A DNA stretch of 64,000 nucleotides from a phage: NCBI GenBank assembly GCA_033286805.1, contig GCA_033286805.1_4727.1, one strand, 5' to 3'. Positions 1-8,951 of the stretch are shown here, one piece after another (the stretch's first letter is position 1; every line of letters starts with the position of its first letter). Both the position numbers and the translations under genes were made by a program. The notes beneath the pieces were generated by a model. It was not told the DNA's origin and ran no database searches. It saw only the letters and a list, made by a program, of their open reading frames with translations.

Positions 1-51
1 TGTTTCTGCGGGATTAAGTTCTTTATTGTCGATTGTGATGGTTAAAGCCAT
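1..51 (-). CDS. 5' end of a minus-strand gene that runs off the window start (partial)
   Basis: ATG at 49-51 on minus strand with GAGGT Shine-Dalgarno about 8 nt upstream; frame stays open to position 1. Confidence 0.3.
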   Translation of the reverse strand, partial: MALTITIDNKELNPAET

Positions 52-76
52 TTTATTATACCTCATCGAAATCAAA

Positions 77-418
77 TTAGTTCAGTTCTGGTTTATTAGC
101 AGCCAGACCAAGTCCAGCTAATATCACGTAGTCGTACCAAGTTTTTACTTTTGCTTTCGCTTCATCTAAACTATCTGCGTTGATGTGCTGAAACTCATCG
201 TTGACTGGGAAAGGTAAATCGCAGTCGTAGCTGGTATAATCCTTCCAACCTTTCCATTCGATAGTTAAAGAACCAAAAACGGTCTCAGCGACAACATGGT
301 TATAGCGACAGTTTTCACATGGCGTACGCTCTTCCGACCAAACAAGCTCATGCTGCGCTAAAAGTTGTTGTACGACCGATAACGGCTGCTCTTCATTAAG
401 TTCGATACTGTCTATCAT
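77..418 (-). CDS. hypothetical protein (113 aa)
   Basis: ORF in co-oriented block; stop/start overlap with upstream gene 415..1011. Confidence 0.55.
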   Translation of the reverse strand: MIDSIELNEEQPLSVVQQLLAQHELVWSEERTPCENCRYNHVVAETVFGSLTIEWKGWKDYTSYDCDLPFPVNDEFQHINADSLDEAKAKVKTWYDYVILAGLGLAANKPELN

Positions 419-1011
419 CGCATACCCTCCTTTTCCTTATCGTAATCACTGCAAATATTGACAAACGCCGTATTATCAGACAGCCTGCTGACCATCTGAC
501 GGATTGCGGCCAACGGTTCAAGTTTAGGATTGATTGATTCACCGGTCAACGCGCTTATCGCTCGTGTGATCTCAACCAAATCAACGTTCGGGTCTTTGTC
601 ATCAATAATGAGTAAACTCTTCGCCGGTTTCTGACGACGTTTGATGATCAACAAATACGTGATGAGGTTCTCACGCCAAGCGTCAGAATCCAGATTGCGT
701 ATCAGGGTTAACGCACGACGTTCTTCCGCCCACGATGGTTTCTCACGGATAACAGGCATGTAAGATAATTGCTCAGCAAGCCCTTTCAAGCTGACACGGT
801 TGGTGCCGCCAGGATGCTCGCTAATCCGCAACATCTCGGTTAACAGACGGACATAGGCGGCTGTTGTCGAAACACCCCTCAGCGGCAGAAACACATTATG
901 TCCTGGAACCCCATCGTGACTCAGCGGTGCGATATACGCCATGAATCGCCGAATATCATCATCGGTCTGTTCTCCAGCAACGAACTTAAACGCTTCACGT
1001 AAAACGCTCAC
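415..1011 (-). CDS. hypothetical protein (198 aa)
   Basis: ORF, operon-like 17-nt overlap with 995..1297; no recognisable motif. Confidence 0.6.
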   Translation of the reverse strand: MSVLREAFKFVAGEQTDDDIRRFMAYIAPLSHDGVPGHNVFLPLRGVSTTAAYVRLLTEMLRISEHPGGTNRVSLKGLAEQLSYMPVIREKPSWAEERRALTLIRNLDSDAWRENLITYLLIIKRRQKPAKSLLIIDDKDPNVDLVEITRAISALTGESINPKLEPLAAIRQMVSRLSDNTAFVNICSDYDKEKEGMR

Positions 1012-1297
1012 TATGAAGTCTCCTTAATGTTTCTTGCATACGTAGTCTCTCCGGCAGGTACAGACGTTTGTATAGATCAATTAACAGATAACGCATAACA
1101 GAAGCGACCACCAGGTATTCACCTTCAGCTTCCGAATAACGTATCATGTTAATTGGGTAATTCAAATAAGAATAAGAAAAGAGATCATCGTTGGTAAGGT
1201 GATGATCTTCAAGATACTGACGAAACAATTTTGCTAAGGCATCGTACTCCATTCCGTAGTAACACAACGACACCTGTCTTGCAGATAGTCGTTTCAT
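995..1297 (-). CDS. hypothetical protein (100 aa)
   Basis: ORF, 4-nt overlap with 1294..2136. Confidence 0.5.
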   Translation of the reverse strand: MKRLSARQVSLCYYGMEYDALAKLFRQYLEDHHLTNDDLFSYSYLNYPINMIRYSEAEGEYLVVASVMRYLLIDLYKRLYLPERLRMQETLRRLHSERFT

Positions 1298-2136
1298 GCT
1301 GGGTTACCTTTTAGTTTTCCACGTAACATGTCGACAACGCGTGAGGGATCAGAAATAACATTGGCGATAAGATGATCGATAGGTAGGTCGAGAATGATAT
1401 TCTTCAGCTGGAAAGCCGTATCTTTACGACGCACGCCGTAGAACACGCCATCTTTAAACACAACCTCGTACGAAATGGGGAGCTGGCTAATAACCGTGTT
1501 AGCGTAATCACCCAACCACATCGACCCCGCCATCAGATGCGCACAAACAGCATGACTAATACGCACATCTTTGTTCTTCCGGTTAACGTCTTTGGTTTTC
1601 GACATGGTAACCAGAAGCTCACCGATCTTACTCAGCATATCGTCGTATACCCCAAAGAACTTAATCAGTTGTCGGGCACCTAACGATATATATGTTTCTC
1701 GTGGTAAGACACAACACACCTGCGGTAACGTTCCAACACCATAGACACAACTGTGTGGTGATAATGGAAGCAAATCAGCAACCGCGTTCTTGATGTTGTT
1801 ATACTCAACGATATCGTTGAACGGTGAAAGACCTTTCGTAATCGGTTTATCAATCGCCACATCGAACTCCGCGAACGTCCATGCTGCTTTACGCGGTTCC
1901 CCTTTCTGGTACGGTGGAGCCAGTACCGCGACAACACGAAGTCGATGTTCATGGGTATCACGTAGCTTAAGTTGGATACCCTCACCGTCACCCTCACGCA
2001 CAAGTGAGTAGCGGCTTGCGCAGTCATCACATACCACCGTTGGTTCGTGTTGACCGTATGCTGCAAGCATCGGTTTACTAAGATCTTTATCACAGTGTTT
2101 ACAGCGATGATCCTGTTCCTGATAACTGATTTTCAC
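1294..2136 (-). CDS. hypothetical protein with N-terminal Cys4 zinc-ribbon (280 aa)
   Basis: CKHCD...CDDC pairs near N-terminus; long ORF, protein-like composition. Confidence 0.65.
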   Translation of the reverse strand: MKISYQEQDHRCKHCDKDLSKPMLAAYGQHEPTVVCDDCASRYSLVREGDGEGIQLKLRDTHEHRLRVVAVLAPPYQKGEPRKAAWTFAEFDVAIDKPITKGLSPFNDIVEYNNIKNAVADLLPLSPHSCVYGVGTLPQVCCVLPRETYISLGARQLIKFFGVYDDMLSKIGELLVTMSKTKDVNRKNKDVRISHAVCAHLMAGSMWLGDYANTVISQLPISYEVVFKDGVFYGVRRKDTAFQLKNIILDLPIDHLIANVISDPSRVVDMLRGKLKGNPA

Positions 2137-2151
2137 ACCGAGACCCCTTTG

Positions 2152-3108
2152 TTAATGCAAGACACGATCTGCTGGAATTATCGAGGCATTGCTGTCGGAC
2201 AGATTCGTCGCTTTACGATCAGGACTGAATCGACGAGCGTTCTCTTCATGGTAGTTGACGGGGTTATCCTGTTTTAACAGTTCCATTGCCTCATCAAACG
2301 TTAGTTCCCGAAATCCTCTTGGATAGAGGAACAGGGGTTCATCAACATCCAGCCCTTTAACAAACCCGTGTGACAACCAGACGCTACCATCAGCACTGTA
2401 AAGAACCGGCTCAACGTCATAATCCAAGACGTATTGATACCAGTAATTAAACAGTTGGGCGATCCATCGATTACGTAATAAATAATCGATTACAACCGCA
2501 CTACGCACGCTGTGGCACCAGCCGATCTTACCATCAACTTTCTGCAACAACGTACCCTCATTTGCTTGATGAATAACCGCATTAAATAACCACGCGAGAT
2601 CGGTTGCGAAAAGTGCGGCTTCTTGAATATCGCTAATGTAACGCACGGGTATCGTCAGATGCGTGCGGTAATGCGACATCGCCTCTTCGTAGTTGTCTCC
2701 TTCGATGCAGAGAGTCCCGTTTGGTGACAGATGTCCCTGATTCAACGACTGACCAATATAAAGATCAGCGATCGCGTTAATATATTCGACGGTGCCCAAG
2801 GTTAACTCAGACATAAAAGAATCGACATCAACAGCCATCGATGTGCTGGAAACAAACGGATTGGTTGGGCGAGTTGTATTAGAGAAAATAATCGACCAAA
2901 TCGCTTCGTGTTTTTCATCCGATGGCATAAACGAAATATGGCGTTCCGCGCTATTATCGACAACAAATACCTTTACGGTTTTCAAGCAGTTAGTACAAAC
3001 ATAGCACGTGTTCGGCAACGGCATATCCGAAAACATATCGTAACGAATAGATGCCAGCGAAATGTCATGTCCGCAATGAGGGCATGTCGTATCAATAAGC
3101 GTTTTCAT
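2152..3108 (-). CDS. hypothetical protein with N-terminal zinc-ribbon (318 aa)
   Basis: CPHCGH ... CYVCTNC motif pairs; long ORF. Confidence 0.65.
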   Translation of the reverse strand: MKTLIDTTCPHCGHDISLASIRYDMFSDMPLPNTCYVCTNCLKTVKVFVVDNSAERHISFMPSDEKHEAIWSIIFSNTTRPTNPFVSSTSMAVDVDSFMSELTLGTVEYINAIADLYIGQSLNQGHLSPNGTLCIEGDNYEEAMSHYRTHLTIPVRYISDIQEAALFATDLAWLFNAVIHQANEGTLLQKVDGKIGWCHSVRSAVVIDYLLRNRWIAQLFNYWYQYVLDYDVEPVLYSADGSVWLSHGFVKGLDVDEPLFLYPRGFRELTFDEAMELLKQDNPVNYHEENARRFSPDRKATNLSDSNASIIPADRVLH

Positions 3109-3371
3109 TATTGAATTCCTTTTGATAAGAATAACTGAATATCGGTAAACTGTTCTTCAGGAACATCGTCAGCAGCCGTTAGAACCTTAGAGCCATGTTC
3201 ATTGAGGTAAGCTTCCCGTAGACAACGATGACGTCGATTGGCTTCCTGGAACTCAGTGTCCGTCATGTAAACCAGCGTAAACTTCGAACGTTTATTCGGA
3301 TTGTATCTCTTATTACGTTTCTTTGGTTTCTTCGCCATAATAGCCTCGTGAAGGTGGATGGATACACCCAT
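3108..3371 (-). CDS. small basic protein (87 aa)
   Basis: ORF with Lys/Arg-rich segment AKKPKKRNKRYNPNKRSK; stop/start junction with 2152..3108. Confidence 0.45.
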   Translation of the reverse strand: MGVSIHLHEAIMAKKPKKRNKRYNPNKRSKFTLVYMTDTEFQEANRRHRCLREAYLNEHGSKVLTAADDVPEEQFTDIQLFLSKGIQ

Positions 3372-3386
3372 CCACCTTCCTCCATG

Positions 3387-3908
3387 TTAAAGTGCGTTCA
3401 ATTCTTCAGGTGTACGTACAGTACGCGTGTTGGGATCAACCATTGCTGGCACACCCGCTGGACATTTACGGACATCGATCCGCATCTCCGGTTCGATCGG
3501 ACGAACGCGATACGTTTTGCCATCATCGGTTAACACCGAAATGGTCAACGCTTGGTTCAATTCACTAACGAAGTTCACCAAACGTTGTTGTCCGCCCTTC
3601 GACCAGAAGTTAAGATCGGTTTCTCCATTGAAATAACTGATTCCATCAGCGGTTCCAATCGTGATTTTAACGATACCCGGATAGTCACGAAGAAGAGGTG
3701 CCTGATAACCTTCATCTTCCGTATCCAGTTTTACCCACACGCCTCCCGTAGACAAACAGTTAACTTCCAAGGCGGTTGGTGCGCTGACTTCCGCCGATGA
3801 CCAGGTATACATCGTGCCTAGTTTAGCGTGTCCGGTTTCCAGCTCGCTGTAATCCCAAGCATGTGCTGATGCCGTAACAAATAAAGCCGCAAGAAACAAC
3901 TTTTTCAT
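3387..3908 (-). CDS. secreted/periplasmic protein (173 aa) with Sec-type signal peptide
   Basis: N-terminus MKKLFLAALFVTASAHA followed by W: n-region, hydrophobic core, AxA cleavage site. Confidence 0.6.
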   Translation of the reverse strand: MKKLFLAALFVTASAHAWDYSELETGHAKLGTMYTWSSAEVSAPTALEVNCLSTGGVWVKLDTEDEGYQAPLLRDYPGIVKITIGTADGISYFNGETDLNFWSKGGQQRLVNFVSELNQALTISVLTDDGKTYRVRPIEPEMRIDVRKCPAGVPAMVDPNTRTVRTPEELNAL

Positions 3909-3963
3909 TCTTTTCGATTCCTATTAAAAGTGACCGATTTCTGTGGTCGAGATTGCTAATAAA

Positions 3964-4425
3964 TTAATTCCGGTTTTGTTTCCGTATTGCACGGTTACGT
4001 TTACGTTCTTGGTCTTTGACTGTACCAAGAAACTTCTTTAATTCTGACGGTTCGAGTGTACCCTCACGTACCACACCGTTTTGTTCGATATGGTACGACC
4101 AATAACCAACTTCAGCCGTTAAGGATAACGTTGTCGGTTGTTCGTCAGGTAACGATCGGGGTGAGAAAATAAAGAGTAATTCAAAAGGCGTTTCTCGGCT
4201 GATGGTGGGACGGATACTAACGTCAAGACCCTCCCATCGCTGAGGTTTAAATATTCCTCCAGCAGCAATGATTGTCTCCGAGCGTTGATCTACAAGCTCG
4301 GCTAATTCACGATCATCGTTGAAATAAATATCGTGAAGAATATCTGTGTCGATAAAAAACCCGCGTTCCAAATCGTGACGAACAATGGAATTCTTCATTC
4401 TGCTGCCTTTGTTGTTTGTTTTCAT
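3964..4425 (-). CDS. hypothetical protein (153 aa; start uncertain, ATG also at 4398)
   Basis: ORF; no motif recognised. Confidence 0.5.
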   Translation of the reverse strand: MKTNNKGSRMKNSIVRHDLERGFFIDTDILHDIYFNDDRELAELVDQRSETIIAAGGIFKPQRWEGLDVSIRPTISRETPFELLFIFSPRSLPDEQPTTLSLTAEVGYWSYHIEQNGVVREGTLEPSELKKFLGTVKDQERKRNRAIRKQNRN

Positions 4426-4474
4426 GTCCTATACGAACACGAAAAACCGTTAATTTTTACCATAACCACATGCG

Positions 4475-4750
4475 TTAAAATTCCACACCGCGACCCGTCA
4501 TCGACGAAGGAACCGCGCGATAATAGAAGTAGATGTAATGGTCACGATGGCTAAAATAGTTTTTGCAAGCATAGAACTCTCCAGATCCAATGAATGATTT
4601 AATACGTGTAACTTGAGGGTGTCGTGCGATTAACGCCTGTATGACGATTTCCATTTGGTGTGCGCTCAAACCAGGTCGAGCTGCAACATGATAATGAAGC
4701 TCCCTAAGAAATCGTTTCCAGGGATCAGGTTGTGTCGATGATCGAGACAT
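4475..4750 (-). CDS. hypothetical protein (91 aa)
   Basis: ATG preceded by AAGGAGATAAAG; lies directly after terminator hairpin 4789..4806. Confidence 0.5.
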   Translation of the reverse strand: MSRSSTQPDPWKRFLRELHYHVAARPGLSAHQMEIVIQALIARHPQVTRIKSFIGSGEFYACKNYFSHRDHYIYFYYRAVPSSMTGRGVEF

Positions 4751-4788
4751 CTTTATCTCCTTAACGGTTGCTGGTAACGCGGCATAAA

Positions 4789-4806
4789 CCCTCCCCGAAG
4801 GGAGGG
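4789..4806 (-). terminator. intrinsic terminator hairpin (minus-sense CCCTCCC-UUCG-GGGAGGG) with TTTATGCCG tail
   Basis: 7-bp GC stem with UUCG tetraloop 11 nt after the stop of 4817..5374. Confidence 0.6.
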
Positions 4807-4816
4807 TGATTAACGA

Positions 4817-5374
4817 TTACTCCATCCATACTTCTTCGTCGTAATGATTTTCTATCGCATTACGCCAAAAACGCACGGTGTCCAAACTAATCGGCGCATA
4901 AAAATGCTGATCAACGCCGACATTAAGTCCGTTGGCCTTCGCTAACATACAGCGATGAATATGACCGAATAGATTGAAGTAGCCTGGGTTTCTTTCGCTG
5001 GGCTTATGGCATAGCCAGTAGGATTCGTCATTGCTAATCGGCAACACCAACGGATGTTCATAAACCGCAGCAAACCCCATACCGAGCAATTTATCACGCC
5101 ATGCTTCAAAGCTTAATCCTGTTGCTTTGTATGCGTCTTCGTCCCAATTCCCCAATACCAATTGAACCTGGATATCAGAACGAATGGCTTCCACGAACTC
5201 GAACTTACCCCAATCACCTAAATGCCATAACACACTGTTCTTTGGAAGCTTGTTGATGGCTTTCAGCATATGCTGGTTCATATCGGCGACGCTTGCGAAC
5301 GGACGGCGTGAATACGTCCATGTACGCTCGCTATCAAAATGGGTATCCGACATAAAGAAGATGGACGGGGTCAT
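4817..5374 (-). CDS. metallophosphoesterase (calcineurin-like, possible Ser/Thr phosphatase type), 185 aa
   Basis: Ordered metal-binding motifs SDTHF (DxH), GDWG (GD), GNWDE (GNHD/E-like), GHIH (GHxH). Confidence 0.7.
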   Translation of the reverse strand: MTPSIFFMSDTHFDSERTWTYSRRPFASVADMNQHMLKAINKLPKNSVLWHLGDWGKFEFVEAIRSDIQVQLVLGNWDEDAYKATGLSFEAWRDKLLGMGFAAVYEHPLVLPISNDESYWLCHKPSERNPGYFNLFGHIHRCMLAKANGLNVGVDQHFYAPISLDTVRFWRNAIENHYDEEVWME

Positions 5375-5853
5375 TGATCTAATTGCTCCAGAAATGCACG
5401 ACCCGATTTACTTGCTTTTAAATGCTGTTCTGCGGAAGTAAGCAGAAGATCGGTTGGTGTATATGCAGCGCTACCTTTCCACGCTGTTTTCAGTTTACCC
5501 TTTTCGATACTGAACTGAATCAGTTGTTGGGTACCGAAGTTAAGCGTGTTCGTCGCGGCGCTAAATACACCACCCATCATGCTGTAACCAAAGACTTTCA
5601 CGTTTTCCGTGTAGAAGTCATTGTCGATCAATTTGTTCTGGAGCTCGAGTTGGTCGGACGGCAGCAATCCCCCATCGAAGACGCTTAAAATACCAGCCAG
5701 GCGATACATACTCACCTTTCCTGAAACGCCCACCACGTAGTTGCCGTACACGGTTTCTTCCAGTTTAGCAACAACGGTGCGATCGTCGGAGGTTTTCATC
5801 GAAACCTCAATACCATCACCAACTTCTGTTAACGTTAAATCAACGATACTCAT
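5371..5853 (-). CDS. hypothetical protein (160 aa)
   Basis: ORF with 4-nt overlap to 4817..5374. Confidence 0.55.
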   Translation of the reverse strand: MSIVDLTLTEVGDGIEVSMKTSDDRTVVAKLEETVYGNYVVGVSGKVSMYRLAGILSVFDGGLLPSDQLELQNKLIDNDFYTENVKVFGYSMMGGVFSAATNTLNFGTQQLIQFSIEKGKLKTAWKGSAAYTPTDLLLTSAEQHLKASKSGRAFLEQLDQ

Positions 5854-5875
5854 TCATTATTCTCCGCTTTCATGT

Positions 5876-6562
5876 TTAACACATGATTTCACCATGTTTC
5901 TTTTCAACATACGTATAAACGTCATCCAAATAAGCAATGAGTTTATCACGATCCGCACAGAGCGATTTAATCATCGCAATCTCTTTCATATAAAGCTGCT
6001 GACCTAACGCCGGATAGGTAATCCAAGCGTAGCCGTCAGGCGCAAATTTAGAAATAAGATAATCGGCGGTTTCCTGTAATGCGAACTCTTTGCTCATCTG
6101 GCCGTAACGATGTTCGATTGCACGGATACCAAAACGTTCGCTATCGAGACGACCCATATCCGCCAGACGAAGCACCTGAGAAGCAACAGAACTACGTGGA
6201 CCAGAGTGCGAGGCACGATGTTCAGCAATAAGTACGCGTATCTCCTCGATGTCTTCCGGTGTGAAAATATCCTGCTCGTTACGAAGCAGGATAACCGATG
6301 CACGAATACCACCGATAAGGTGGTGGTATGTTCTGTTTTCGTGGCAAGCGATATCATGCATAAAAGCAGCGGTTAATAGACGACGACGTTCCGTGGGTCT
6401 GATGATCCCAACCACATCAGCAAGTTCATTTGCCAGTTCAACAACAGCAAGCACATGTTCTTCTTGATGTGCAAGATCGTTCTTCCGAATATTTTCAATT
6501 ACTTCAGCGCGAGTTTCCTGAGATAAGAAATTTAAACAATCCAACGAATATAAAGATTTCAT
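5876..6562 (-). CDS. HD-domain phosphohydrolase (228 aa)
   Basis: H ... FMHDIACHE ... H ... LRLADM arrangement typical of the HD superfamily; early-promoter-like motif 49 nt upstream. Confidence 0.6.
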   Translation of the reverse strand: MKSLYSLDCLNFLSQETRAEVIENIRKNDLAHQEEHVLAVVELANELADVVGIIRPTERRRLLTAAFMHDIACHENRTYHHLIGGIRASVILLRNEQDIFTPEDIEEIRVLIAEHRASHSGPRSSVASQVLRLADMGRLDSERFGIRAIEHRYGQMSKEFALQETADYLISKFAPDGYAWITYPALGQQLYMKEIAMIKSLCADRDKLIAYLDDVYTYVEKKHGEIMC

Positions 6563-6603
6563 CGCACGTACCTCTTTGAATCTATTAATAAATTTTCTTT
6601 ACT

Positions 6604-6627
6604 CACGTAAGTAATATAGCCGTGAAA
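6604..6627 (-). promoter_or_regulatory. early-promoter-like motif (minus-sense TTTCACGGCTATATTACTTACGTG)
   Basis: One of four near-identical copies, each 49-94 nt upstream of a minus-strand start codon; core TATATTAC. Confidence 0.5.
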
Positions 6628-6706
6628 GGATTTGTGTTGGTCCGTTTCGATGCCCATCGTATTTTATGGATTGTCGAATGACGTCATTTTAAGGGACATC
6701 CCCGGC

Positions 6707-6740
6707 CTCCTCCCCAGGAAAGGTGTGGGGAGGAGTTTTT
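6707..6740 (+). terminator. GC hairpin plus T5 run (plus orientation); role unclear
   Basis: ctcctcccca / tggggaggag 10-bp stem, 9-nt loop, then ttttt; no upstream plus-strand gene. Confidence 0.35.
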
Positions 6741-6770
6741 ATCATACATTCTATTAAATCGAGCGCGATT

Positions 6771-8852
6771 ATGTTGGATAGAATCAATCGTTTAATGAAC
6801 CGAATAACGGTTAAAAATCAGAGTAACAATACCGTGCATATCGGGGGTATCGATGCCTGGCGTCTTTCAGATGACATTCAGCGAATATGGGGTACCTCCC
6901 GATTTATGAAACATATGTTTCGTAATTTCTCTTCTAGTGGACTCAGTCTCCACAATTTTTACCTTCCCGATTTCGTTTATATTCTCGAAACGATCATCGA
7001 AGCAAAGAATACCCGCAGTAATAAACGCATGCTGAAACACCTTATTGAGGTACTGCTGCAGGAAACCTGGTTGCAAAATACCACAATCGAGCAACCTGCA
7101 ATCCTCGATAAAGCACGCATGAACAAAATGCTAACGCTCTCCCTGTTCGATTATCAAGATGAGTTTATCGACATCTATAACCGTAACGTACCTAAATATC
7201 GACTGAAAGGATACGTGTGTGCGATGGGTGCGGGTGCTGGTAAAACAATCACCGCATTGGCTTTAAGCGCCGCAATGAACGTCGACGTATTTGTGGTCTG
7301 CTGTCCTAAGAACACCATGCGTTCAGCATGGCAATCCGATGTAAACAAAGCCATCGTTGACCCCGCAACAGAAACCGCATTCTGGTCAGATACAATGCCA
7401 CCATCACAGCTGCAGAAAAGCGATAAGTATTATTTTCTGCATTACGAGTCGATGGGTTTATTAAACGATGTAATGATCAAGCATAAACGCACCGCGAAGC
7501 GAGTTCTTATTGTTGTTGACGAAAGCCATAACTTCAACGACAAGAACAGCCAACGTTCCCAACGACTGGTTGATCTCGTACAGACGATGCGTCAGACCAT
7601 GAATGCTGATGTTCATGTCTTGTTTATGTCGGGTACGCCTGTTAAACAAATGGGTTCTGAGATGATCCCGTGTTTAGGTTGTATTGACCCAATGTTCCAA
7701 GGACAGGTGGTCGATAGCTTCAAAGCAATTTACGGTTTAACCAGCAGTCGCGCTAACGATATCCTCAGACATCGTCTTGGGTTCATGATGCATGTCGTAC
7801 CTAAAGAGGCTTATCGTAAAACCCGTCCGGAAGTTCAGGACGTTTACGTGAAGCTCCCTAACGGTAGCGATTATACCATCTCAAGTATCCGCGACGACAT
7901 GGCGATATTTGTACGCGATCGGGCAAAGTATTACAAGGATAACTGGGGGCATTACAGAAAGATTTTTGATGACGCCTTGGACTACTATCGTAAGACTATT
8001 CGTACCGATGGTGAACGTAAAGAGCTATCTCGATACGAATCGATTGTTGCTCGTTTCCAGAAAGGTTACGACCCCGTCAGAGACAAAGAAGATGCGATGT
8101 TCTGCAACGCGTTTGAAAAACGTTCCATCATGCCGGTTCTTCCTTCCGATTTAAGGGTTGCTTTCAAAGACGCCAAGAGCGTCATCAAGTACGTTGGGTT
8201 GAAAATTCAGGGTGAAGCGTTGGCACGTGTTCTAGGTGCAGCCCGCATTCGGTGTCATGTCGACATGGTGGAGTACATCGACTTCGAAGGGTACATCAAT
8301 AACGCCGAAGCCAAAGTGTTGATCTTCACGTCGTACGTTCAGGTGGTTGAACGCGTCGACAACATGCTTCGTGATGCGGGTTTCTTACCTGAACCCATTT
8401 ACGGGAAGACCAACAAGAACATCAACCAAATACTTGCTCGTCTACGCGATGATCCTGACAGCGGTCCCGCTATCGCAACATTTGATAGCTTAGCTGAAGG
8501 GGTTCCGATGCTGATGTGTAATGTCGGCCTTTTCCTGAACAATCCATGGCGTTCATCCGATGAAATCCAAGCCATCAGCCGTCTCGATCGTGTAGGGCAA
8601 ACGCAGCCCGTTCGGATTTATCGTTTCATGTTGGATACAGGAAGCGAGGGTAACGTTTCTACACGTAGCCACGAAATCATGGAGTTAAGTCGACAGCTTG
8701 TTGAAGAAATCACGGGTGTCAAATATGTAGTGAACAAGCAAGACGATGTTAACTTGCAAGAAACGTTGGCGATGGAAGGATACGATCAATACGTTACCGT
8801 AAACACCACGGAATACGATATTAAACCGCGACCTGCATTCTTGGAATGGTGA
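6771..8852 (+). CDS. SNF2/Rad54-like superfamily-2 helicase/ATPase
   Basis: Walker A GAGAGKT, DExH box VVDESHN, motif III MSGTP, C-terminal helicase domain with Q..R..R.GQ-like motif VI (AISRLDRVGQ); start moved to ATG 6771 because the GTG at 6723 lies inside a hairpin. Confidence 0.7.
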   Translation: MLDRINRLMNRITVKNQSNNTVHIGGIDAWRLSDDIQRIWGTSRFMKHMFRNFSSSGLSLHNFYLPDFVYILETIIEAKNTRSNKRMLKHLIEVLLQETWLQNTTIEQPAILDKARMNKMLTLSLFDYQDEFIDIYNRNVPKYRLKGYVCAMGAGAGKTITALALSAAMNVDVFVVCCPKNTMRSAWQSDVNKAIVDPATETAFWSDTMPPSQLQKSDKYYFLHYESMGLLNDVMIKHKRTAKRVLIVVDESHNFNDKNSQRSQRLVDLVQTMRQTMNADVHVLFMSGTPVKQMGSEMIPCLGCIDPMFQGQVVDSFKAIYGLTSSRANDILRHRLGFMMHVVPKEAYRKTRPEVQDVYVKLPNGSDYTISSIRDDMAIFVRDRAKYYKDNWGHYRKIFDDALDYYRKTIRTDGERKELSRYESIVARFQKGYDPVRDKEDAMFCNAFEKRSIMPVLPSDLRVAFKDAKSVIKYVGLKIQGEALARVLGAARIRCHVDMVEYIDFEGYINNAEAKVLIFTSYVQVVERVDNMLRDAGFLPEPIYGKTNKNINQILARLRDDPDSGPAIATFDSLAEGVPMLMCNVGLFLNNPWRSSDEIQAISRLDRVGQTQPVRIYRFMLDTGSEGNVSTRSHEIMELSRQLVEEITGVKYVVNKQDDVNLQETLAMEGYDQYVTVNTTEYDIKPRPAFLEW

Positions 8853-8858
8853 TTAAGA

Positions 8859-8884
8859 AGCTCTGCCTGACATCAGGCAGAGCT
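8859..8884 (+). terminator. hairpin terminator after the SNF2 helicase gene
   Basis: Perfect 11-bp stem agctctgcctg / caggcagagct with 4-nt loop; weak T-rich tail. Confidence 0.45.
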
Positions 8885-8951
8885 TCATGCTGTATTTGTT
8901 GCAAGATCGTATGACGTATATGCGTTGTACTTATTTAATAAGGCAGAATAA

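Noticed and set aside
1680-2093. Nested and antisense ORFs inside long genes (1680..2093, 11154..11573, 12527..13154, 35041..35616, 62339..62995 and others)
   Set aside because: Fully contained within longer, motif-bearing ORFs on the same or opposite strand, with skewed composition typical of off-frame translation.
6723-6770. GTG start at 6723 extending the SNF2 helicase N-terminus by 16 aa
   Set aside because: The GTG sits inside the 3' arm of the hairpin 6707..6735; the ATG at 6771 is the more plausible start.
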